A DNA stretch of 64,000 nt from Acidobacteriota bacterium (GTDB taxonomy: Bacteria > Acidobacteriota > Vicinamibacteria > Marinacidobacterales > Marinacidobacteraceae). Each line of letters starts with the position of its first letter. The first letter of the stretch is position 1. Below the pieces are notes generated by a model. It saw only the letters and a program-made list of their open reading frames with translations. It did not search any database and was not told where the DNA came from. The stretch lies in assembly GCA_009835985.1 (NCBI GenBank), contig VXWI01000113.1, positions 172 to 64,171 on the forward strand, given 5' to 3'. Positions 34,149 through 42,867 of the stretch are shown one piece after another. Position numbers and translations under genes: made by a program.

Positions 34149-35609
34149 ATGAAGAATGAACGCGGCAAGGGCCGATACAACGTAGTCGTCATTGGAGCGG
34201 GCACGGCGGGTCTCGTAACGGCCGCCGGCACCGCGGGGCTCGGGGGGCGCGTTGCACTGGTGGAGGCCGCCAAAATGGGTGGCGACTGCCTGAACTACGG
34301 ATGCGTGCCTTCGAAGGCGCTCGTTTCCACCTCGAAACTGATCCAGAGCATCCGCGACGCGGAAGCCCACGGACTCGATGCGATGGAGCCGCGTTTCCGT
34401 TTCCAGCGCGTCTTCGAGCACATGCGCGAGCGGCGCGCCCGGATCGCTCCGAACGACTCGGTGGAGCGGTTCGAGGGTCTCGGGGTGGACGTCTTCGAAG
34501 CGCGCGCCCGGTTCGTCAGCCCCCACGCGGTCGAACTCGACGACGGAACGCGTCTCGAGGGCGCCCACTTCGTGATCGCCACCGGAACCCGGCCGTTCGT
34601 CCCGCCCATCCCGGGGATCGACGAGGCGCCCTACTTCACCAACGAGACGTTCTTCGACGAGCAGGAGACGCCTCCCGAATCGCTGATCGTGCTCGGGGGC
34701 GGCCCCATCGGCTGCGAGATGGGCCAGGTCATGAACCGCCTTGGGGTGCGGGTCACGATCCTCACGGACGTCAGCCGGCTCCTGCCCCGGGACGACGCCG
34801 AGGCCTCGGCGGTTGTCGAAGAAGCCTTCGCGGACGAGGGGATCGAGACGGTCACCGACTGCCGCGTCGAGGCATTCCGGCGGGCGTCGAACGGCGACAT
34901 CACCGCGGAGGTGGGCTGTAACGGCGCCACGCGCGCAGTCACCGCTTCGCGACTCCTGGTGGCCACCGGAAGGTCGCCGAACGTGCGGGACCTCGGTCTC
35001 GAAGCGGCCGGCGTGGAATACGACGTGCGCGGCGGCGTGCCGGTGGACGGCGCGCTCCGCACGAACGTCGGCCACATCTACGCGTGCGGGGACGTCGCCG
35101 GGCCCTACCGGTTCACCCACACCGCCGACTACCAGGCGCGGCTGGTGGTGCGGAACATCCTCCTGCCGCCTCCCCTGCCCCGGGCGAAGGCGGACTACCG
35201 CTACGTCCCCTGGGTGACGTACGTGGACCCGGAGGTCGCCCACTTCGGGCTCCGGGAAGAGGACGCGGAGGCGAAAAACGTCCCGGTGGACGTCCACCGG
35301 CACCGCAACGACGATCTCGACCGCGCGATCACCGAGGCGGCGACCCGTGGCTTCGTGAAGGTCCTCACCCGGAAGGGAAAGGACGAGATCCTGGGCGCCA
35401 CCGTCTGCGCTCCCCGCGCGGGTGAGATCCTTCACGAGATCATGGTCGCCGCGAAGCACGGGGTCGGACTGGCGTCGCTGTCCTCGACCATTCACGGTTA
35501 TCCGACCTGGGCCCAGGCGGCGCAGCGGGTGGCCGACGCCTACCAGCGCACCCGGCTGACCCCCCGGGCGAAGGCGATCTTCGAGTGGCTCTACCGGAAA
35601 CGGCGATGA
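34149..35609 (+). CDS. FAD-dependent pyridine nucleotide-disulfide oxidoreductase (dihydrolipoamide dehydrogenase/mercuric-reductase-like class I)
   Basis: 486-aa track ORF. GxGxxG motif is VVVIGAGTAG. The redox disulfide is GGDCLNYGCVPSKAL. The second dinucleotide fold is LIVLGGGPIGCEMGQ. The C-terminal interface domain contains HGYPT. Confidence 0.85.
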   Translation: MKNERGKGRYNVVVIGAGTAGLVTAAGTAGLGGRVALVEAAKMGGDCLNYGCVPSKALVSTSKLIQSIRDAEAHGLDAMEPRFRFQRVFEHMRERRARIAPNDSVERFEGLGVDVFEARARFVSPHAVELDDGTRLEGAHFVIATGTRPFVPPIPGIDEAPYFTNETFFDEQETPPESLIVLGGGPIGCEMGQVMNRLGVRVTILTDVSRLLPRDDAEASAVVEEAFADEGIETVTDCRVEAFRRASNGDITAEVGCNGATRAVTASRLLVATGRSPNVRDLGLEAAGVEYDVRGGVPVDGALRTNVGHIYACGDVAGPYRFTHTADYQARLVVRNILLPPPLPRAKADYRYVPWVTYVDPEVAHFGLREEDAEAKNVPVDVHRHRNDDLDRAITEAATRGFVKVLTRKGKDEILGATVCAPRAGEILHEIMVAAKHGVGLASLSSTIHGYPTWAQAAQRVADAYQRTRLTPRAKAIFEWLYRKRR

Positions 35610-36286
35610 GCAGGAACCTCAAGCTCGGCGCGCTCCTCGTCCTGATCGTCGCGCTCGTGGTGATCTTCCCGATCGGGGACTGGATCGAGGCGGGCGCCGC
35701 GTGGGCGCAGGGTCAGGGAACCACGGGACTGCTGGTCTTCGCGGCGCTCTACGCCGTCGCCACCGTGTTCGCGGTCCCGGGGTCGGCGCTCACCCTGATC
35801 GCGGGCGGCGCCTTCGGGTTCGGCGCCGGCACCGCCGCGGTCTGGCTCGGTGCGACGGCCGGACTGGCGCTCGCTTTCCTCGCCGCCCGGCGGCTCGCCC
35901 GTGAGCGGGTGGCCGGCTGGCTCGCCGGGAAACCCTCCTTCGCCGCGGTGGACCGCGCGGTGGCGGCGGAGGGCTGGAAGATCGTCTTCCTCACCCGGCT
36001 CACCCCGGTCTTCCCGTTCACGGTGCTGAACTACGCGTACGGTCTCACCGGGGTCTCGTTCGTGGGCTACCTGTTGGCCTCGGCCACCGGGATCCTCCCG
36101 GGCACGCTTCTCTACATCTATCTCGGGAGCAGCGTCGCCCGCGCCGTCTCCGGCGAATCGGATCCGCTCGAAGCCGGGTTGCGGATCGTCGGGCTCGCCG
36201 CGTTCGTGCTGGTCACGATCCTGATCACCCGGATCGCCCGGAAGGCGCTCCGCGAGGCCGGCGTGGAGTCCGGAGGTTCCGCCTGA
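35606..36286 (+). CDS. TVP38/TMEM64 (DedA-related, SNARE-associated) family membrane protein
   Basis: Frame of track ORF 35585-36286. ATG 35606 overlaps the upstream TGA (ATGA). Family-typical blocks are FAALYAVATVFAVPGSALTLIAGGAFG and RLTPVFPFTVLNYAYGLTGVSF. Confidence 0.85.
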   Translation: MSRNLKLGALLVLIVALVVIFPIGDWIEAGAAWAQGQGTTGLLVFAALYAVATVFAVPGSALTLIAGGAFGFGAGTAAVWLGATAGLALAFLAARRLARERVAGWLAGKPSFAAVDRAVAAEGWKIVFLTRLTPVFPFTVLNYAYGLTGVSFVGYLLASATGILPGTLLYIYLGSSVARAVSGESDPLEAGLRIVGLAAFVLVTILITRIARKALREAGVESGGSA

Positions 36287-39012
36287 TCCTCCGCCACCGG
36301 TTCCTGGTCGCCACCGCGGCGCTGCTGCTGGTCAACTCGGGGTACCTGCTGGCCGCGCGGGGAGCGAACCTCTTCCACTCCGCGCAGATCCTCCTGCACC
36401 CGGTGCTCGGCATCGCCGCGCTCAAGCTGATGCTCTGGGGGTGGAAGAAGGTCGGCCCCGCGCTGCGCAGCGATCCGTTGCGGCGCTGGTTCTGGATCTC
36501 GGGGTCGCTCCTGGCACTCACCGGGGTGGGGCTCGCGGTCGTCGGATCGACCCCGGGCGCGCGCCCGCTGCTCTACGCCCACCTCGCCGCGGCCGCCGGG
36601 TTCGCCGGCCTTCTCGCCCGGCGGCGGATGCTGCTCGCGCCGCTGCTGCTGGCCGTCGCCATCCCGGCCGGGGCCCTCCTGAAACCGCTGCTCCCCGCGC
36701 CCGGAGCGCTCCTGAACGCCGGGCTGCCGCCGGCGACCATGTCCGGCGAGGCGATGGGCGGAGCGGACGGACCCTTCTTCCCGTCGGCGGCCGAAACCCG
36801 TCACGGAGGACTCATCCCCGAGGAGTTCTTCCTCGGCAGCGACGCGTGCGGCCGCTGCCACGGCGACATCACCCACCAGTGGAGCGAGTCGGCGCATCGT
36901 TTCGCCTCCTTCAACAACCCCTGGTACCGCCGCTCCATCGAGTACATGCAGGAGGTCGTCGGCGTCACCCCCTCGAAGTGGTGCGCCGGCTGTCACGACC
37001 ACGCGGTGCTCTTCAGCGGGCTCATGGACCGGCCGATCGCCGAGATCGTGGACCGTCCATCGGCGAGCGCCGGACTCGGCTGCGTTTCCTGCCACGCGAT
37101 CACCCGGGTGAAGGACACGATGGGGAACGCCGGGTTCGTCATCGAGTACCCCGAGATGCACGACCTCGCCACCTCAGAGGATCCGCTGCTCCGGACGCTG
37201 CACGACCTCGTCATCCACCTCGACCCCGAACCCCACCGCCAGGCGTTCCTGAAGCCGCTCCACACCGGCGACAGCTCGGCGTTCTGCTCGACGTGCCACA
37301 AGGTGCACCTCGACCAGCCGGTGAACGACTACCGCTGGCTGCGGGGTTTCAACAGCTACGACAACTGGCAGGCGAGCGGGGTCTCCGGCGAGGGCGCCCG
37401 CTCCTTCTACTACCCGGAGTCGCCGAGGACCTGCGCGGACTGCCACATGCCGCCGGTCGCCGGCGAGGATCCGGCGGCCGAGGGCGGCCTGATCCGCTCC
37501 CATCGCTTCGCCACCGCCAACACCGCGCTTCCCACCCACTTCGGTCTGGACGAGCAGCTCCAGGCGGTCCGCGACTTCCTCCGCGCCGGACAGGTGACCG
37601 TGGACATCTTCGGCCTCGTCCGTGACGATGCCGGCGAAGCCCACGACGAAGCGCAACCGGCCGGTGGCCCCGACCCGCTGGCGCTGGCATCCACCTTCGC
37701 GGTCGGGGAAGAGGCGGCCGCACCCACCACCCGCTACGCCGGCGCCGGTCCGATCGGCGAACTGAGCGCCCCGCTCGACGAGACGGTTCCCGCACTGGCG
37801 CCGGGCGAATCGGTACGCGTGGACGTCGTGGTGCGCACCCGCAACGTGGGCCACTTCTTCCCGAGCGGCACCATCGACGCCCAGGAGGTCTGGCTCGAGT
37901 TCCAGGCCCGGGACGCCGCCGGCCGCCCCTTCTTCTGGAGCGGCTTCACCGGCGACGCGGGCGACGAGACCGACGCCCCGGTGGACGGCTCCGCGCACTT
38001 CTTCCGCTCACTGTTGCTCGACGCCCGCGGCAACCCGATCAACAAGCGGAACGCGTGGGCGGCGCGCAGCGTCCTCTACGTCTCCCCGATCCCTCCGGGC
38101 GCCGCCCATACGGTGCGCTACCGGCTGCAGGTTCCGGAGGACGTCGAGGGACCGGTGACCCTGACCGCGCGCCTGAACTACCGGAAGTTCGACTGGTGGC
38201 ACACCCAGTGGACGTTCCGGGGACAGCTCGACGAGACCGGCGAGGTCGCTTCGGGCTACGACGACCGGGAGGTCCGGCTCGCGGATGACGTCACGGCGCC
38301 CAACGTCCCGATCGTGGAGATGGCCACGGCTTCGGTCCAGTTGCCGGTGGCCGGCGAGGCCACTCCCCCGTCCGAGGCCGCACCCGGCGGCCTCGCCCGC
38401 GCCCTGCGCTTCAACGACTACGGCATCGGGATGCTGCTCGCGGGGGACCTCCGCGCCGCCGAAGCCGCCTTCTCCACGGTGGCGCGTCTAGCCCCCGAGT
38501 TCGCGGACGCACCGGTGAACCTCGCCCGGGTCCGGCTCCAGGAAGGAGATCCCGAAGGCGCCCGGGAGGCGGCCGAAGCGGCCCTCGAACTCGCCCCGGA
38601 CCTCCCCCGCGCGCTCTTCTTCCGGGCGATGGCGCTGAAGGCGCTCGGCCGCTACGACGAGGCGCTCGCCGACCTCCACGCGGTGCAGGAGGTCTATCCG
38701 CGCGACCGGGTGGTGAACAACCAGGTCGGACGCCTGCTGTTCCTGAAGCGCGATTTCGCCGAAGCCGTCACCGTGCTCGAAGAGACGCTCCACATCGATC
38801 CCGAGGACCTCGAGGCCCACTACAACCTGATGCTCGCTTCCCAGGGGCTCCGGGATCCGGAGCGCGCGGCCCGCCACCGCGAGCTCTACCTGCGCTTCAA
38901 GGCCGACGAGTCCTCGCAGTTCGTGACCGGGGACTACCGGCGCGCCCATCCCGACGACAACAACATGCGACTGCCGATCCACGAGCACAGGAACGGGCTC
39001 GCGGAGCGCTGA
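36283..39012 (+). CDS. Membrane-anchored pentahaem cytochrome c with C-terminal TPR repeats (N-terminus unresolved)
   Basis: Track ORF 36403-39012. It has five CxxCH motifs (CGRCH, CAGCH, CVSCH, CSTCH, CADCH) and TPR-like repeats after about residue 650. The frame is open, hydrophobic and helix-like from 36283 (LILRHRFLVATAALLLVNSGYLLAA...) but has no ATG/GTG/TTG before 36403. Confidence 0.75.
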   Translation: MILRHRFLVATAALLLVNSGYLLAARGANLFHSAQILLHPVLGIAALKLMLWGWKKVGPALRSDPLRRWFWISGSLLALTGVGLAVVGSTPGARPLLYAHLAAAAGFAGLLARRRMLLAPLLLAVAIPAGALLKPLLPAPGALLNAGLPPATMSGEAMGGADGPFFPSAAETRHGGLIPEEFFLGSDACGRCHGDITHQWSESAHRFASFNNPWYRRSIEYMQEVVGVTPSKWCAGCHDHAVLFSGLMDRPIAEIVDRPSASAGLGCVSCHAITRVKDTMGNAGFVIEYPEMHDLATSEDPLLRTLHDLVIHLDPEPHRQAFLKPLHTGDSSAFCSTCHKVHLDQPVNDYRWLRGFNSYDNWQASGVSGEGARSFYYPESPRTCADCHMPPVAGEDPAAEGGLIRSHRFATANTALPTHFGLDEQLQAVRDFLRAGQVTVDIFGLVRDDAGEAHDEAQPAGGPDPLALASTFAVGEEAAAPTTRYAGAGPIGELSAPLDETVPALAPGESVRVDVVVRTRNVGHFFPSGTIDAQEVWLEFQARDAAGRPFFWSGFTGDAGDETDAPVDGSAHFFRSLLLDARGNPINKRNAWAARSVLYVSPIPPGAAHTVRYRLQVPEDVEGPVTLTARLNYRKFDWWHTQWTFRGQLDETGEVASGYDDREVRLADDVTAPNVPIVEMATASVQLPVAGEATPPSEAAPGGLARALRFNDYGIGMLLAGDLRAAEAAFSTVARLAPEFADAPVNLARVRLQEGDPEGAREAAEAALELAPDLPRALFFRAMALKALGRYDEALADLHAVQEVYPRDRVVNNQVGRLLFLKRDFAEAVTVLEETLHIDPEDLEAHYNLMLASQGLRDPERAARHRELYLRFKADESSQFVTGDYRRAHPDDNNMRLPIHEHRNGLAER

Positions 39013-39025
39013 CGGCCGCGGTCGC

Positions 39026-40669
39026 TCACCCGGAGTCCGCCACCGGCCGCGGCGTCCGGCGCGCCAGGCGCTCCGGTGAAGCAGTCTCCGTCATCAGGGA
39101 AACGTCGAGTTCCCGCACGAACTTGGACATCAGGAAGAACACCTGTTCGACCGTGTTCGTCAAGGCGATGACCCGGCTCCGAGTCGGGCCGTCGGCCTGC
39201 ATGACGGCCGTCCCGTACTTCCGGCGCATCGACCGCATCACTTCGCTGCGGTCGCCGGCCAGCTCCCTGGCGAGCGCCCAGGCTTCCCGGTCGCGGCTCC
39301 GCATCGCATGGATCAGGGATTGGAAGACGGCATCCGTTCCCTCGCAGAGATTCGCTCGCAGATTGCCCAGGTCCGACCGGTCCGGAAGCTCGCGCAGCGC
39401 TTCGCAGAGGACGCCGACCTGCTCCTCGAGCCAGCCGAGCAGCTTCAGGCGGGTGAGCATCGAGTCGTGGTCGTCCACCGTGCTCACGCCGTGGCGGATC
39501 AACAGGTCGGTCTGAAATCTCTCGATTTCCGTCAACAGGCTCTGGAGTCCACGACGCAGCCCGGCGAGATCGGAACCGGACCGGACAGCTTCGAAGTAGC
39601 GCGGCAGGTTCGCGAACACGCGCCGCTGCTCGAGATCCACGAGCGACAGCGCCGAACCGGCATCTTCCAGTGCGCCGTCGTGCAGGAACGCGGTCTGTTC
39701 CAGTTCTTCCGTCGCGGTCGCGGGCCAGAGCCTCGCGAACACCCGCTCCACCGGTCCGACGACGGCGAGCAGTGCCACAGCGCCGAGCAGGTTCACGAGC
39801 AGGAGCACGATTGCCATCTGCTGGCCGAGCCCCTGATCGAGCGAGAGCGCGAGCGCCTTGACCAGGGGCACTCCGAGCTCCAGTTCCAGGAACAGCGCCG
39901 GGACCCCGACCAGGCAGATCAACACGTTCAGACCCACCTGGCACATCGCAACCTGGCGGGATCGGCCGGCCAGGTTCATGGACAGGAGGTACAGGATCAG
40001 GGCCGATCCGAAGGTGACCCCGTAGAGGAGCATGATGGTCTGGTCCACGGTGAGGACGCCAAGCTTCGCCATGCTGATGCCCAGCACGCAGACCGCCGCC
40101 CCCGACTGCACGATGGCGGTCAGCAACGCCGCCACCAGGAACGTGAGCAGAAGCGAACCCACGCTCCACTGCATCATCTCGCTGAACCACGGGTGCTCGC
40201 CGAGCGGCGCCGCCGCCGCGACCAGCATGCCGAGGCCGAGAAAGATCATCCCCACTCCGAAGACGGATGCCGCGACCCGCCGGTAGTCCCCCGCGACCCG
40301 CTCGCTGGCAATGACCAGGCCCGCTGCCCCCACGACGTAGAGCGCGGCCAGGCGGATGTCGAAGGTCTGCATTAACACGAGCTACGTCACTCCGACGTTC
40401 CCGCCGAGGACGATCGCGAGCGCCCCGCGGGTGGAAACCAGCCGCGACCTCGCCATGCTGACCACGATGAAGGTCAACGCCGACATGCTCTGGGTGGTGA
40501 CGCCGGCGAGCGCGCCAATGCCGAACGCGGCGAGGCGGCTCTTTGTCCAGCGCCTGGCGATGAGGCGCAGGCGCCGGCTGGCGAGCGCCTTGAGGTTTTC
40601 CGTCAGGAGCCACATCCCGACGAAGAAGAGTCCGACGCCGCCGATCATTCCACCGAACAGATCGAACAT
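39026..40669 (-). pseudogene. Na/Pi-cotransporter (PNaS) family protein with PhoU-like C-terminal domain, interrupted by an in-frame TAG (40382-40384)
   Basis: The last 95 codons of track ORF 40382-41284 (MFDLFGGMIGGVGLFFVGMWLL...VLGGNVGVT*) and track ORF 39026-40378 are in the same frame. They are separated only by TAG plus one codon: ...GGNVGVT-TAG-L-V-L-M-Q-T-F-D-I... Together they form a normal-length protein of about 547 residues. Confidence 0.7.
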
Positions 40670-41190
40670 GCGGGCGGGCTCCTGACCGGGAACGGAAAGC
40701 GGATGACAGCGAAAGTCGACCGGCAGGAACTGGCGCGGCAGCTGTCGCGATCGACCGAGAGTACAGCCGCCTGTTGCGACAGGAGCGTTCGTTGTTGCGG
40801 AAGGCTTCGCGACTCCGGTGGCGTACGGTCGCTCGCGGCGGTCCCGAGACCCGGGAATCGTCGCTTCCGGGGCTTTCTGATTCCGCGACTTCCATGAGCC
40901 CCACACGAACACGAAACAGGTTTTCCGACCGATAAGATTCCGGCTGATGTGTAACGGATTGGCGCGACCTGGCGCGTGTGGACAGACCACGAGCCCGGAA
41001 CGCATCCGGGCGGGATCTCGGCCGCGCCGAGGGGGCACGCCGGCGTTCGCCGTACCGGGAAAGGAGCGCCAGTCGTTCAGGGCCCTGGCAACGGCCGACA
41101 AGTACGTACGGGCCGTTCGGGAGACCTTGCAAGAGTGGCACTCGAAGGAAGACGAGACCGCGTGGCGTGACCTCTGATTCGGGTGGGGTC

Positions 41191-42867
41191 GTGATCGCAC
41201 AACGACCGCTCCGCCTCGGGGCGGGCGCCGGAGCGCTGCTCTTCGTGGCCGCCCTGATCGCGCCAGCCAGCGCCCAGGAGGCACGTTTCGTGGACGTGAC
41301 CGAAGCCGCCGGCATCGACTTCGTCCACGAGAACGGGGCCTTCGGCGAGAAGTACCTTCCGGAGACGATGGGCAGCGGGGTCGCCTTCTTCGACGCCGAC
41401 GGCGACGGCGACCAGGACCTGCTCTTCGTGAACAGCCGCCGGTGGCCGGGACACCGGACCGAGCCGGAGCCGACCGCGGCGCTCTACCTGAACCGCGGCG
41501 ACGGGACCTTCGAGGACAGGACGGCCGGGTCGGGGCTGGACGTCCCCCTCTACGGCCTGGGCGCGGCCCTCGCCGACTACGACGCCGACGGCGACCAGGA
41601 CCTCTATCTCACCGTCCTCGGACCGAACCGCCTGCTCGAGAACACCGGCCGCGGGGTGTTCCGGGAGGCGCCCCACGCCGCGTCGGTTGCGGACCCCGGC
41701 TTTTCGAGCGTCGCCACCTGGCTCGACGCCGACGGCGACGGGGACCTCGATCTCTTCTTGCTGAACTACGTGGAGTGGTCCATCGAGGAAGACATCTACT
41801 GCGCCCTCGACGGCGTGAACAAGAGCTACTGCACGCCGGAGTCCTACAACGGGGCGAGCGCCGTCCTCTACCGGAACGACGGCGCCGAGGGGTTCACCGA
41901 CGTCACGCGGGAGGCGGGACTCTTCAACCCCCGGGGGAAGGGCCTCGGGGTTGCGGTCCTCGACTTCGATGACGACGGGCTCTTCGACCTCGCGGTGGCG
42001 AACGACACCCAGCCCAACTACCTCTACCGCAATCTCGGGGGCGGGCGGTTCGAGGACGCCGGGGTGCTCTCCGGGATCGCCTTCGCGGAGAACGGGGCGG
42101 CCCGGGGCGCCATGGGCATCGACGCCTCCGACTACGACGGCGACGGCATGCCCGACCTCGTCATCGGGAACTTCTCGAACGAGATGGTCTCGCTCTACCA
42201 CAACGAGGGCGTCGGTTTCTTCATCGACCAGGCGCCGGTCTCGGAGATCGGCCGCAACAGCCTGCTCACCCTGGCGTTCGGGGCTTTCTTCTTCGACTAC
42301 GACCTCGACGGACGCCAGGACATCTTCGTCGCGAACGGCCACGTCGAGAACGACATCGCCGCGGTCCAGCAGCGGGTGAGCTACCGCCAGGCCCCCCATC
42401 TCTTCCGGAACCGGGGGGACGGCGGCTTCGACGAAGTGACCACCGCCTCGCCGGACCTCGCCCGACCCATGGTGGCCCGGGGAGCGGCCTTCGGCGACAT
42501 CGACGGCGACGGCGATCCGGACCTCGCGGTCAGCGGGAACGGCGGTCCGGCGCGACTCTTCCGGAACGACGGCGGCGAGCGGAACGGCTGGGTGGGCTTC
42601 CGGCTCCGGGGAGGAAATTCGAACCGGGACGGAATCGGTGCGAAGATCATCCTCGCCATCGAGGATGCCGGCATGACCCGCAGCGAGACCCGCGTCGTGA
42701 AGAGCGCCACCGGGTACGCCTCGCAGAACCAGCTCGAGGTGGTCTTCGGCCTGGGCGCCGCCGGGCGGGCGGTGTCCGCCGAGGTGCGCTGGCCTTCGGG
42801 CGCCCGGAGCGAGGTCGAGGCCCCGGAGGCGCGCCGCATCCACGTCGTGGAGGAGCCGCCCGCGTGA
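41191..42867 (+). CDS. CRTAC1-family protein (FG-GAP/VCBS beta-propeller repeats plus ASPIC/UnbV C-terminal domain), secreted
   Basis: Frame of track ORF 40978-42867, from GTG 41191 (signal LLFVAALIAPASAQE). Repeated FFDADGDGDQDLLFVN, DYDADGDQDLYL, LDADGDGDLDLFLLNY, DYDGDGMPDLVIGNF and GDIDGDGDPDLAVS. The UnbV-like end is GIGAKIIL...TGYASQNQLEVVFGLG. Confidence 0.85.
   Translation: MIAQRPLRLGAGAGALLFVAALIAPASAQEARFVDVTEAAGIDFVHENGAFGEKYLPETMGSGVAFFDADGDGDQDLLFVNSRRWPGHRTEPEPTAALYLNRGDGTFEDRTAGSGLDVPLYGLGAALADYDADGDQDLYLTVLGPNRLLENTGRGVFREAPHAASVADPGFSSVATWLDADGDGDLDLFLLNYVEWSIEEDIYCALDGVNKSYCTPESYNGASAVLYRNDGAEGFTDVTREAGLFNPRGKGLGVAVLDFDDDGLFDLAVANDTQPNYLYRNLGGGRFEDAGVLSGIAFAENGAARGAMGIDASDYDGDGMPDLVIGNFSNEMVSLYHNEGVGFFIDQAPVSEIGRNSLLTLAFGAFFFDYDLDGRQDIFVANGHVENDIAAVQQRVSYRQAPHLFRNRGDGGFDEVTTASPDLARPMVARGAAFGDIDGDGDPDLAVSGNGGPARLFRNDGGERNGWVGFRLRGGNSNRDGIGAKIILAIEDAGMTRSETRVVKSATGYASQNQLEVVFGLGAAGRAVSAEVRWPSGARSEVEAPEARRIHVVEEPPA

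Noticed and set aside
36283-36286. Programmed frameshift fusing the TVP38 protein to the multihaem-TPR protein
   Set aside because: The TVP38 ORF has a normal full-length family architecture and ends naturally. I saw no slippery heptamer. Four-nucleotide stop/start overlaps are the standard operon junction throughout this window, so a non-canonical (CTG) start is the simpler reading.
40382-40384. Pyrrolysine or reassigned TAG as the explanation for the in-frame amber codon in the Na/Pi cotransporter
   Set aside because: TAG terminates other well-supported genes in this window (23521-23523, 26755-26757). No pyl genes are seen and the lineage does not look like a Pyl user. A nonsense mutation, sequencing error or split gene is more parsimonious.
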